Below are positions 1-11,124 of a stretch of 64,000 nt of DNA, one piece after another. Below the pieces are notes generated by a model that was given only the letters and a program-made list of their open reading frames with translations, had not been told where the DNA came from and searched no databases. Position 1 is the first letter of the stretch. The number at the start of each line of letters is the position of its first letter. A program made the position numbers and the translations under genes. This stretch comes from Utricularia gibba. Taxonomy: Eukaryota; Plantae; Magnoliophyta. Where the stretch lies: contig NEEC01000015.1 of assembly GCA_002189035.1 (NCBI GenBank), forward strand, positions 806,001-870,000. The letters are read 5' to 3'.

Positions 1-271
1 GCAGTAAGAAGAAGTAAAATTTCTGAACTCGAAGTTTGAAAGCTGGCTACCGAAAAAAGCATAATATTCATACACTTACAAAAAATGCTACATAATGTGG
101 TACTTGCATTCAAATTTCACAAGCTCCAAAACCAAAGTAAAACAAAAAAATGAACATAAAAATCACTTTGCAAACGTGAATAAACCCAACGAAACATGCT
201 CCAAAGAAATGACAGAGAAAACTAATATGAAAATGTTATAAATACAACTCAAGAGGTGTCCGTGAACAAAC

Positions 272-1665
272 CTTGGGTAAACTTTCCCTTACTTCATCAA
301 CCAACCACCTGCAGAAATCATTTGCCACTGAGCATGGGCCATATAAGTATAATTAAATCAGATTACTGAAGGCTATGGGAATTCAATGTGCACCTGTAAT
401 CGAAAGAAGGAAAAACCGATGCAATGTGTTCAATACTAACTCTACACTAGCATAATCTGCAGCAACAGTGTCTGTCATGTGAGCATGTTGAACCTGGAAT
501 CAATCCAACAATTGGGGAAAAAAGTGCTTTGAAAGCTATTAAACACACCATAACTAGCATGAAGAAATTGAACAAGGGTAAGCTACGTACCTTAACAGCA
601 ACTTTCTGTCCATCAGGTGTAAGACCAACGTGAACTTGTGCTAATGATGCACTAGCAATCGGAACAGGATCAAATTCATCAAAGAACTGGTGCAAAATTT
701 TCATTAGATTTATGACAAGATAAGGAAGCAACATCAACAAAAGTTCTTTACAAACATGTCGTGGACTTCATGGCTCAAAGAAAAGAGAAAAACTTGATTT
801 GAACGTGACAGAGTTGTGCAAAGCCAATTACTTTATCAGGTGTCCCTCCAAGCTCCTTCTTGAAAACTTCACACACTTGTTCATAAGACGATACGGGACA
901 TCTATTTAACATTGATTGCCTCATAACTTGTACATACTCGTCAGGAACCAAGTATTCCTGAATCGTGGCAGTTAATTCAGACTGAAAACATTCAAATCTA
1001 AAAACAAGAAGTAACAAGATAAACATCATGATAGCGCCGCACCAGTTGGCTTATATGTTGCCCTAGTTTAATGTAGATGCCACCATTCTTAAAACAGAGA
1101 TCACGAAGCCTTGCGGCACTCCTCGTGTGTACTTCACGCTTTATTTTTTCTCTCTCGGCACTATCCTCGGGCAACCCAAAGAGAGAGTACTTGTAGTCTA
1201 GAACGAAACTCGGACACCGGTCATCATTATGACATATAAATCAGCCCCAAATGGAACTCTAAGAAAAGAAACAACTTGCAGGAAGTGTTCAACCCCAATC
1301 CACATTCAAGAACGAATCACTCCCAGTACAGCTATTCAAAAAATTAAAACAAAAACCTTCATGTTTCAACCTTTATAAACGTCCCCTTGATAGGAGCAAT
1401 GGCTCGTCGTTGCAATAAACAATAAAAACCCAATAGGCGGAAAAATGGGAGCGATTGAGATGAGCATACCAAACGCAATAGAGGCCGCGGTTACGGCATC
1501 GCGAAAAAGGCGTACAGGAACAGCGGAACAGAGCTTGAGTGCCGTAGCCGGATCGTCGGAGTTGGCTAGAGCCACCGCCCCCGCCGTCACTCCCCCCGCC
1601 GCCCCAACTGAAGTAACAGCCAATAATAGCTTCTTGGCGCCTCCTAGAAGCGCTTTCCCCGCCAT
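272..1665 (-). CDS. ABC1K15: ABC1/aarF-family atypical kinase (At2g40090/ATH9-like), 5' part; the gene continues beyond the window start. Exons 1665-1470, 1197-1043, 957-832, 686-591, 493-394, 308-272
   Basis: Spliced translation gives NGGIYIKLGQH, EFDPVPIASASLAQVH, VAVKVQH and WLVDEVRESLPK with GT-AG boundaries. Exon 493-394 is 1 nt short (apparent frameshift at 409-415). Confidence 0.9.
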
Positions 1666-2199
1666 TCCTCCCTGCTGCTGTCTCCTTTCTTCTTCTTCAC
1701 GCAATTGTGTAAAACCTCATTTCTTGAGTCAACAAAAGGGTTTTTGTTTTTCATATTTACTTCCATAGAAGGACGAAATTAGGGTTTTAATATTATATTT
1801 AATTATTAATAGAAAGACTCGTCTCCAGAATATTCATTTTAAATAGAATAAAATAATTAAATAAATAATAATATTTTCGTCTATAAAATAAAACATCCCT
1901 CTAGAAGCATACTTTTACAAGCCCCTTAAAATACAGAGTCAACGGCAATAATTACCAGGTCTCACGATGTCTGAAAAATCTCCACCGTGGAAAAAAAGCT
2001 CATCACGCCAATTAATTAAATAATTAATGTGATAATTAAGCCTTAATCATTCATTATATTCGTGTGGATTATATAAATTGTCGGGTTCCTTCAAAGTGAT
2101 CCGGCTTCTCCTTCAGAAGCGTGAATCCTGATGAGCCGCCTCACGCGGTTGACTTCGACTGCAAGGTAAAGCTCCGCCCTCGCTTCGCCTTCTCCGGTG

Positions 2200-3152
2200 A
2201 TGGGACTCGTCAAAGAGGACAGGGGTTTCCGGGGAACATGGCGGCGGATCCTGCTACCCAGATGGTTAAAAACGCTCGTCTTTTTCATCACCATGTGTGC
2301 TTCTCTTCTCCTCTTCTCTACCCCCTTGCTCCTCATCGTCGCCGACGCCGTCCTCCCCTCCGCCGTGCTCTCCGTTTACGCCTCCCCCGCTACCCTCTCC
2401 TCCCTCCTCCGAAGCTACGACTTCCGGTACTCCCTCGCTGATATCCCCGTCGCCTCGATTTTCCGCTCCCTCGTCATTCTGTGTAAGCGCTAATCCCTCT
2501 CGGAGCACTCAGTTTTCTCCACATATGCACTCCCTCCAATGCGCTCTCGTCAATTTGTAAATTTGCAGTTATGTTTTAATTAAAACAGTCCATAGTTCAA
2601 TTCATACAGTTAATGAATAGCTCTGGGATCGTAGGTGTGTACAGTTTCTCCAACGGGACGCGGCTGTCCGGCAGGGCGTACCTGGGGGTATCCATCTTCT
2701 CCACGGTGGCGTCATTGGTGTTCGTGTCGTTGAAAGCATACACGATCATGATCGTCGCCGGCGGTGACACCAGGCCTGGCGGCGACCTCGCCGGCAGAGG
2801 GACGGAGGCGGCGCTGTTGGTCTCATTCGCAGGCTTTGGCATCGGCCACGCGGTCGCCGCCTACCGCACTAGCTGCAAGGAGAGGAGGAAACTGATGGTG
2901 TTCAAGATTGACATCCAAGCCGTGAGTCGATCCCTTGGTCAACTTTTAATTAAATTAAGACAATATTTCAAAACCCATTTTTATTTAATATTTAAAAATA
3001 TTATATTGATTTTCACATAATTTATAATCAGAATCACATTCTAAATAGTGCCATTGGATTGGTAGGTGTCAGCATGCCAAAAGGGATTTATGGACGCGCA
3101 AAGAGCTTCAAGGAAGCTTGAGCCAATCAAAGGATGGGAAAATGTTGTCTGA
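2200..3152 (+). CDS. Plant-specific uncharacterised multi-pass membrane protein; exons 2200-2482, 2635-2921, 3066-3152
   Basis: In-phase GT-AG splicing. Hydrophobic segments and the motifs YDFRYSLADIPVASIFRSLVILC and AYRTSCKERRKLMVFKIDIQAVSAC are recalled from a conserved plant family. Confidence 0.8.
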
Positions 3153-3639
3153 TGTGCGCTTCATTTTGTTTCACTTTTGTGAAGAAAATGAAGAACCAAC
3201 AAAGTCATGTTTGTATAGGAAAATGAATCGAAAAAATGTTTAAAATCATATCACTTTTGTTTCGAAAATGATCATATTTTCGAAGTATATGATCATGCAC
3301 AAGTTGTAAAAATTTGATAATCGTAAGGACTACCTTTATTTTGCATAATAATTTCTGTTTCATACATACAATCTTCACAATTTTATATTTTATACTTCTA
3401 GATAAAAGAACTCATACAAAATTATGATATTTCTTCTATTTAAACACTGAAATTTTTTATTTATAAGTAATATGGAATATGGTCACAATATTCATAACTT
3501 TTCAATGATTAAAAAGATTTCGAGTTCTGAATTTTTTTTTTTAAAGGTCAAATATTGAAACCAAAATCCCAAATTTCGTTTCAGTCAATTTGGAAGTGTA
3601 AAATTTGTTGTTGTATGCTGAAGCCTGAAGGGTGTGCGC

Positions 3640-4643
3640 CTAGGAGTTCGGGAGGAGTCTGCCGTTGTACATCTTGTCTAGCAAGCGTTTGGCGTCTGGC
3701 CGCCGTAGAAGACCCTTCGTGTTCGGTAGACCAGTGCCCAAGCAAACGGGGCAAACCAGCTTCCCTCTCCCTGAACACACATTTGACCATATGGTTGTAT
3801 TGGTTGGCAGAAAGGGAAGGCCTACAAAGTGTTCGGAGAATTGCCGCAACGGAAAAGTAAGCGAGCTTTACCGAAGCAATTGGGGCACTCCGTGTACTCG
3901 TACACGTCCTTGGCACGTTTCCTGTTAAGCGCCTTCCATTTCCCTGTTCCACCGCACATGTCGCCTGAACCAAGGCGAAATCAAAACGCTGTTGCACAAA
4001 GACTTGATTCAGATGTGTTCGCTTTCAAGGGTATGAAGAAACTTTACATATGACTGCTCCACTGCCGCCGCAGTTGCGGCAAACAGTCCTCTCTCTGCCG
4101 TCTGAAGCTGTAGCCGGCGCTCCCGCGATCAGAGCTGCTGTCGAGCAGATGCAGGCCAGATATTTGCGGCGGGAAGTCGCCGGAGGTGGTTCCTGCTGAT
4201 TCAATGGCAACTGAAATAAGGCCAGACACTGTAAATTTTTCCGTTTACAATGGTGGAGCCATAAGTGACTACATCCCACCTCAGATTTCCCTTGTGGGAT
4301 TGCACGTTTGCTGGAAGCAGCGCAACTGTGCGTGTCTCCGGGCGAACTGGATTCGGTTTGTGATCTAACGAGCGTCAAATTGCTTGCTGGAAGACACCGA
4401 AAAACAGGAATCAGAAAATGGGTCTACGAATCACTTGAAAATTTGCGAAAATTCATGAAACAATTTTAGCCCGTAGTTTCTTATCCTCGTTTTGAAGTAC
4501 ACCCGTTTCTTCCCATTGATTATTCCGGCGGCTTTTGCCGGAGAAAAGCAAAAGATCAGCAACTTACAGGGCTCTGAACGTGGCGTGGCTACGTGGTTCA
4601 CAGACATCCATGGAATTGCACAAGCTGGGAGATGAGACGCCAT
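3640..4643 (-). CDS. PSA2: Chloroplast DnaJ-like zinc-finger protein PHOTOSYSTEM I ASSEMBLY 2 (PSA2/EDA3)
   Basis: CxxCxGxG repeats [32 protein letters not shown]. The C-terminus [25 protein letters not shown] closely matches Arabidopsis At2g34860. Internal boundaries of exons 2/3 are approximate. Confidence 0.9.
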
Positions 4644-5364
4644 CGATGTCCCCCCTCCGCCTCTCTGCAAGTGTGTGGGAAAATTTATACTGATTTTTAT
4701 TTGGGATAACTGGCTTAGAAAAATAAAGGTTTTATTTACAGCAAATTTATTCATTTTTCACCATTATTCCGTTCCAAAGCATCCATCTTTAGATCCACTA
4801 ACATGCTGTTCTACAGTATGCGCAGATTCCAAGTGAAAGGTATCTGCAAATTCCTTTCCTTTGGGTTTGGGCCAGGGCAATTCAACAAAGAGGTTACTGG
4901 TATTCGGATGAAACCCTGAAGACGGCAAGAACCATTTTTGGGCCATCTTTTCAAACTCGAAACCCATCAATGGCTAATAGAGATTCCATGGAGAGAAAAG
5001 GGCTATCCTGACTCTTCTGAACCGCGATACAGCTCTGTAATATGGTAAAAATGGAGGCTTTATGTAAAGGAAAATGCAATGGAGATTGACAGGTAAACAA
5101 AGCTCTCTAGAACAGCCGCACGTCTCCCCGGGTTCTCACCCAAATTGCTTTCCCTTTCCAAGAAAATAATAATAATATTTAAAGTTAATTGGTTTTCGAT
5201 GATTTGGGATTCCGTGTATATCTCTCATTTGGTTGTTTTATTTTGAAAATCATGTCATGGTGAATTGGATTTTCTTGGTTGGGTCGTCATTTCTAGAGCG
5301 TTCGTCGCATATTTAAGCCTTTTGGGTGAAGGAAGAGGGGTTTGTGGTTTGGTGGAGAAGGGAG

Positions 5365-6621
5365 ATGGGGCGAATATTTGCGGTGACCCTTGAAGGCAAC
5401 ATCTACAGTTGCAAGCACTGCAAAACCCATCTTGCTATGGCCGACGACGTCGTTTCTAAGGTTTTCTCCATTCATTGCTGTTTGTGAACCCTAAACCTTC
5501 TGATATTAACATGGGTTTGTTTGTTAGTGCGGTTGATATTCTTTGATGAAATAGTGGGCCGGTTTCTGTTACGGATTTAGTTCTTTGGTTTTCGTTGGAT
5601 ACTGTTCAGTAAAGATTTGGATGGGATTCCTTTGGAGAAGATTGTCGGTTCTTGTTCATTGAGTTTTGATGAATCCATGGAGTGTGAAAGATTATATCTG
5701 TATTTTTGTATTTCAAATGTCACCAGGCTGTACTCATGCTTTTGGATTAGGGTTTTGGTGATGAAATTTTGAATGATATATGGTTTACATCACTGGTCTT
5801 GATTACAATTTGCAGTTACTAGTGCATAATGTGCAGACATTCACATTGTGCCTTTTTTGCCACTTTGGTTACATTGTGAGGTTACTTCCGTTTTTTACAT
5901 TGAGAGGGCGACTGTAATAATTGGTTTTCTGGCACTTTTCTGGTCCAGAACTTCCAGTGCAGGCATGGAAAGGCTTATCTATTCAAGAGGGTGTAAGTTT
6001 GTATCTGTCTCTTGCACCCAATACCACTTTAGATTTCTTTTTTAAGCTGCTCTACGGCTTGCCTAATCTCCACTCGTTCAAGAACCATATGGGTTCTTTA
6101 AAAAGATAGAGCTCAAGGCAAGCCAGTGCAGACCACATCATCCTACTAGCACATACCATAAAGATGCAGGATTTGGGAACATTTAAGTTCACTTTCAATT
6201 TGGTTCGCAGTTGGAATGTGTTTCCTGGGCAAAAGGAGGAGAGGATGATGATGACCGGTTCCCATATAGTTGCTGATATCTTCTGTGTGTGGTGTGGCTC
6301 CAACGTTGGATGGAAATATGTAAGATTCCCTACATGCTACACAAAAAATCCTTCAAACGTTGGCTTCGCTCACTCACTCCTGTCTGTTTTTTCCATCATA
6401 ACCAGGAAACTGCTTATGAAAAGGATCAGCAATACAAAGAAGGAAAATCTGTTCTTGAACGGTTCGAATTTGTTTCCAATCCCAGGCTTTCCATGATGGT
6501 TTCATACCTACTCATGCACACATTTCTCCCTCGCAGATACATGATTTCTGGCCCTGATGATACCAGTTACACCTTCAGCCAAACCGCTCAAAGTGAAGAA
6601 AGTGATGCAGAGAGTCAGTAA
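5365..6621 (+). CDS. Yippee-like (YPEL) zinc-binding protein; exons 5365-5460, 5949-5992, 6211-6319, 6406-6461, 6537-6621
   Basis: [63 protein letters not shown]; all splice phases are consistent. Confidence 0.93.
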
Positions 6622-7044
6622 TCTTCTATTGGTTCCAGGTTTCACCTTGTAGCTGAAGCTAATAAACCCTCTACCTTCTTCTTCTTGTACATAACATTTG
6701 GTGACATTATGCTTGAATCATTCCTGCAGTAGTTACTCCATGTTTTGTTATGCATCTTTCATGTTATGAATCGAAACATTTCTTTCGTACTCGTTATACC
6801 TCCCGGAATGCGATCCATAGGGATCAATTTCAGGCTTATGGTTTGAGGGGATTGGAAAAGATTGGAGGATGAATGATCAATTCGATCGAGTCATTTAGTT
6901 GTACATGATCAGTTGAAGTGCATGGAGTAGCTTATATATTAATTGAAATAAATAAAATTTCATTATTAATAAGATATTTCAAACTTCAAGAAATAGCGCG
7001 AAGGGGCAGGGTAGCAAAGCAGTTGGGCTGAACTCCCGGCCCTT

Positions 7045-8113
7045 TTATAGGGGACGGATAGCATGGTCATTTCCACGGCTATCTGGGAACGAGAAGCCGT
7101 TGACCTGCGGTGGCGGCGCGCGGCCGTACTTCGCGATCGTTGATTCCGCAAGATCGATGGCGCGTGCGAGCGCTGCAGCTTTCCGCTTGCACTCGATCAG
7201 TTCATCGTGTGGATGACTATCCGCAACGATGCCGGCGCCGGCCTGGAGATGAGCGATCCACTCTCGCCGATTTCCGTCGCCTCTGTAAGAATAGGCGGTG
7301 TCGTTCCGAACGCATTTCGAGAAGATGATCGTTCTCAGATCAAGAGCGATGTCCATGTCGCCTTGAAACGAAATTCCTCCGAATCCGCCCCTGTAAGGGC
7401 CTCGTCGAATCGGCTCTAATTGATCGATCAATTCCATTGCCCTAACCTGATGTTGTATGCATGTCTTTTTAGAAAGATGAGGAAAATGATGAGTGTTTGA
7501 AGGAGACGGTTACTTTTGGGGCTCCGCTCACAGTTCCAACGGGTAATGCAGCTCGAAGTGCGACCCATGCGGTTAGATGATCGAGCAACTCACCGGTTAC
7601 CTGTGAAGGACAAGTTAAATATTGGGATAAACCTCACACATTTCACGTACTGAAAGCGTCTCGTCGTAGGATTTTACTGTTGAGCTGATGTGCATCACAT
7701 GGGAATATCGTTCTACAGTCATGAGCTTCTCCACTTTTACAGTGCTAGCTTTCGAGACCTGTAGCAAGAAGCGATCATATCTGAATTGTGATGGAGGAAT
7801 TTGGTGAGTAGAACGAAGGGCTTGAAGAGGAATAACCTTTCCAATATCATTTCTTCCCAAATCAACGAGCATTAGATGCTCTGCTCTCTGTTTGTCATCT
7901 TCTAAGAGGTTTAATTCTAGTGTTTCATCCTCATGCTGTGTCTTTCCTCTTCTTGCAGTCCCAGCCAAGGGCCGGTTTACAATCTTTTTCTGTCGTTTCA
8001 TGAATATGGGTGATCGTGTTTTAGTGTGGTTTGCAAATTCATGGAAACTTGATTACCTTAGAGACACGGGTGAGAATTTCTGGGCTTGAAGCAGCCAGAA
8101 TACATCCTCCAGC
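7045..8113 (-). pseudogene. 5'-truncated anthranilate synthase alpha subunit: only the last five exons (8113-8057, 7989-7837, 7758-7678, 7600-7514, 7446-7045), encoding the C-terminal chorismate-binding half (~260 aa)
   Basis: [56 protein letters not shown] and LQAGAGIVADS are all in frame with GT-AG introns. There is no room for the N-terminal ~350 aa before the divergent UGT at 8595. Functional status is unresolved. Confidence 0.8.
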
Positions 8114-8441
8114 CTTGAGATAAGATGGAAACTTTAATTTAAAAGAACTCAGTTGAGGAGGATGTTGAGAGACAGGGGAGAACCTCTTGAGTGGCAAGAT
8201 TCTGAGGGAATTTTTAGCAGGCAAAATTTAAAAGACTGAGCAGCATCCTTCTTCTGAAGCCCAGCGGCTTGCTCTGAAGTGAGGAGGGGTCCAGCCCACG
8301 GCTCCCAATGGCTCGCTCTGGTTGTAGACATGATCCCAACCATGATGCGCTATGGAGCCTGGGGTCTTATTTTCGGTGATATTCAATTTTAAATATTATA
8401 TTGCACCAAGAATACAAACCCAAGATGCCTTCTTCCATCTC

Positions 8442-8480
8442 TTTTTATATATAATATTCAGTACATCCGGACGTCACGTT
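8442..8480 (-). promoter_or_regulatory. Minus-strand TATA box (TATATAAAAAG) plus an overlapping TGACGT / CACGTT element in the ASA-UGT88 intergenic region
   Basis: CTTTTTATATATAA at 8441-8454 and ACGTCACGTT at 8471-8480; motif matches only. Confidence 0.4.
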
Positions 8481-8594
8481 GAAATTTGATGGGCCCACTT
8501 TTTACATCATCATTTTTGTGCCATTACATAAATGCCCCCGAAAGCAACACAGGTTTTGTTGCTGCCTTGGATCCACCCGCCTTCAACTGCGCAC

Positions 8595-10007
8595 ATGGAT
8601 ACCATCGTTCTGTATCCTTCTCCGGGAATGGGCCACCTGATTTCCATGGTGGAGCTCGGAAAATTCATCCTCCGCCACCGCCCGTCCGCTTCCGTAACCA
8701 TCCTCCTCATCCAGGCTTCCTTCAACACTGGGTCCACCGCAGCCTACATCCGCCACATCTCCGCCACCGACCCTTCCATCGTCTTTCGCCCACTCCCGTC
8801 TATTGAACTCGACATCAACTCGTTTCCGACCATGGAATCTGTTATTTTGGAGGTGATTCTCCGCAGCAACCCTGCAGTCGGGGAAGCCCTGAAGTCGATT
8901 TCCTGCTCCGGTCCGGTTTCCGCCTTTGTGATCGACTTTTTCTGCGGTCCTGCTCAGCTGGTGGCCGCCGAGTTGAGCATACCCACGTACTATTTCATAA
9001 CGTCTGGTGCTGGCGTTGTTGCGCTTTTTCTTTACTTGCCTGTTCTCCATGATTTGTACGATAAAAGCTTTGAGGATCTGGACGAGATTTTGGATGTTCC
9101 GGGAGTTCCGCCATTTCCGTCTTCTGATATGGTGGTGCCCTTGCTTAATCGGAGCACCGCTGATTACAGGGACTTTCTTGAAGGCGCGCGATCTTTACCG
9201 TTGTCTTCCGGCCTGCTAATCAACACATTCGACAGCCTGGAAACGAGAGCTCTCGAGGCTATACAATCAGGAAAATGCAACCCCCGGGGCGTTACGCCGC
9301 CTGTCTTCTGCGTCGGCCCACTGCTAGATACTCAGCCGAAAAGCGGCGGCGGCGGCGACTGCCTGAACTGGCTGGAGAAACAGCCGGTTAAAAGCGTGGT
9401 GTACATTAGTTTTGGGAGTTTGGGTTTGTTATCCGCGCCGCAATTACGAGAACTCGCCATTGGATTGGAGAGATCTGGTCAGAGTTTCATATGGGTAGTC
9501 CGCTCGCCCCCGTCGAGCGATAAGAGCAGGCGCTTTCTTCCACCTCCGGAGCCAGATCTGGAATCCCTCCTCCCGCCGGGTTTCCTGGAGCGGACGGCGG
9601 ATCTTGGCCTCGTGGTCAAGTCGTGGGCGCCGCAAGTGGCGATTCTAGGGCATCCGGCGGTGGGTGGCTTCGTTACCCACTGCGGTTGGAACTCGATCCT
9701 GGAGGCAGTCATCGGCGGCGTGCCGATGGTGGCGTGGCCGCTGTACGCGGAGCAGAAGTTTAATCGGGCCCTATTAGTGGAGGAGATGAAACTGGCGGTG
9801 GCCGTGGAGTGCGGCGCCGATGGGCTGGTGCTGGCAGCAGAAGTAGAGCAGCGGATTAGGGAAATCATGTCGCCAGAATCTGAAAAAGGAATCCAAATAA
9901 GGAAGACGGTCGCCGAGATGAAAGCAGCCGCCTCGGCGGCGATGTCTCCCGGCGGCTCCTCTATTGCCGCGCTCAATGCGCTCTTCGAAATCTCCAAGTC
10001 AACATGA
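8595..10007 (+). CDS. Intronless UDP-glycosyltransferase, UGT88 (group E)-like
   Basis: MDTIVLYPSPGMGHLISMVELGK (catalytic His), FVIDFFC, complete PSPG box WAPQVAILGHPAVGGFVTHCGWNSILEAVIGGVPMVAWPLYAEQ. The ORF has an in-frame upstream ATG at 8532, but family homology starts at 8595. Confidence 0.95.
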   Translation: MDTIVLYPSPGMGHLISMVELGKFILRHRPSASVTILLIQASFNTGSTAAYIRHISATDPSIVFRPLPSIELDINSFPTMESVILEVILRSNPAVGEALKSISCSGPVSAFVIDFFCGPAQLVAAELSIPTYYFITSGAGVVALFLYLPVLHDLYDKSFEDLDEILDVPGVPPFPSSDMVVPLLNRSTADYRDFLEGARSLPLSSGLLINTFDSLETRALEAIQSGKCNPRGVTPPVFCVGPLLDTQPKSGGGGDCLNWLEKQPVKSVVYISFGSLGLLSAPQLRELAIGLERSGQSFIWVVRSPPSSDKSRRFLPPPEPDLESLLPPGFLERTADLGLVVKSWAPQVAILGHPAVGGFVTHCGWNSILEAVIGGVPMVAWPLYAEQKFNRALLVEEMKLAVAVECGADGLVLAAEVEQRIREIMSPESEKGIQIRKTVAEMKAAASAAMSPGGSSIAALNALFEISKST

Positions 10008-10356
10008 ACCTACCAACTCTATTTTCGTCAAGCGTACGTTAAACTGTAATCACGAATGTCAGCCCATTACTAATCATTTCAAACAAGGCTGCATTCCACA
10101 CCTACACCAAATGATACCAAAAATCGCCCCTAATATTCGTTTCATGAGGCCATTAGCATGCACTTTATCGGGTCATTTAGAAAATTGGTCACTCGTATAA
10201 TTTTATTAATATACATTTAACTTAAAAAATTTACGAATAACTAATTTTCTCATGTATTGTTTGATAGTTTGTGAACAAACAATATCTTTTCTCATAATCC
10301 AATTGGGAACAAAACCGTTCTCAATTGGGCCATCGCCTCTAATCTCACGATCTTTG

Positions 10357-10808
10357 TGTTGGGCTCAGCTAAGTAGTTCGTATTGGGCCAGAATTACCTA
10401 GCTGAGACCCAAGTCAAGTTGATCCAAGACAGCAAGATCCAAGTCAAACTACATGTTCTCAACTAACCGGAAATGGAGGGAGAAGAAACTGTAATAGACC
10501 CATGACCACGAAGGGAGGGAGATAATACAGCAGGGTTCTGGTTTTTTTTGTTCAATCACCGTTATGTAGGTGAAGCGGAGGAGAGCTTTGGTTTTCTCTT
10601 CTAGATTGCACATTGAAGAGCAACTAGATAGGGGTTTCTTCTTGCTGATCATATCTTGTATTGTGTATACAACACCTCTTTTAGTGGATTCCCGTAGTTC
10701 GGGAGGTGTGGCCCGAACCCAGGTTTTTCCCTTTACGGGTTTTCCTGGCTAAAAAGTTCTGGTGCATTTGTTTGATTCTGCATACACGAAACTGCACAAA
10801 TCCCTACA
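10357..10808 (+). mobile_element. Solo LTR (452 bp), probably Ty1/copia-type
   Basis: Begins TGTTGGG and ends CCCTACA (TG..CA, imperfect terminal inverted repeat). Flanked by a perfect 5-bp TSD CTTTG (10352-10356 and 10809-10813). Contains the U5-like GGTTTTTCCCTTTACGGGTTTTCC motif. Confidence 0.85.
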
Positions 10809-11074
10809 CTTTGTATCATTTTAGTATCTTCAATAGAGATGTGGATGCGCCTCTTGAAGGCTACAAGTTTGTTGTTCAAAGTTCCAATCTTTTTGGGTGC
10901 ATGTGACGTGCTACTGTTCAAGCAGGCGCACATGGGCCCGTATTTAGCTCGACGGACAAAGCCCATATGGTTTACATCGGCCCGTTAGGCCCAAATTTTA
11001 TGCAACGAAGATTGAAGCCGGTGTTTCCAGTCTCGCAGCTCCCTTCTCTTGGCAGTGAATCAAGTTTAGACAGG

Positions 11075-11082
11075 AAACCCTA
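11075..11082 (+). promoter_or_regulatory. Telo-box (AAACCCTA) with upstream site II motifs (TGGGCC) in the SPCS2 promoter
   Basis: AAACCCTA at 11075-11082, TGGGCC at 10933 and GGCCCA near 10988; typical of plant translation/secretion housekeeping promoters. Confidence 0.55.
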
Positions 11083-11124
11083 GAAATTCGTCGAGAGGTG
11101 GGAGTGGGAGAGGAATTGAGGAAA

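Noticed and set aside
8041-8134. 10-bp direct repeat ATGGAAACTT flanking the first surviving ASA exon
   Set aside because: A single short AT-rich match with no element structure; compatible with chance and not usable as evidence of exon capture.
8532-8594. In-frame upstream ATG extending UGT88 by 21 aa
   Set aside because: Family homology starts at MDTIVLYP (8595); the extension has no recognisable targeting features.
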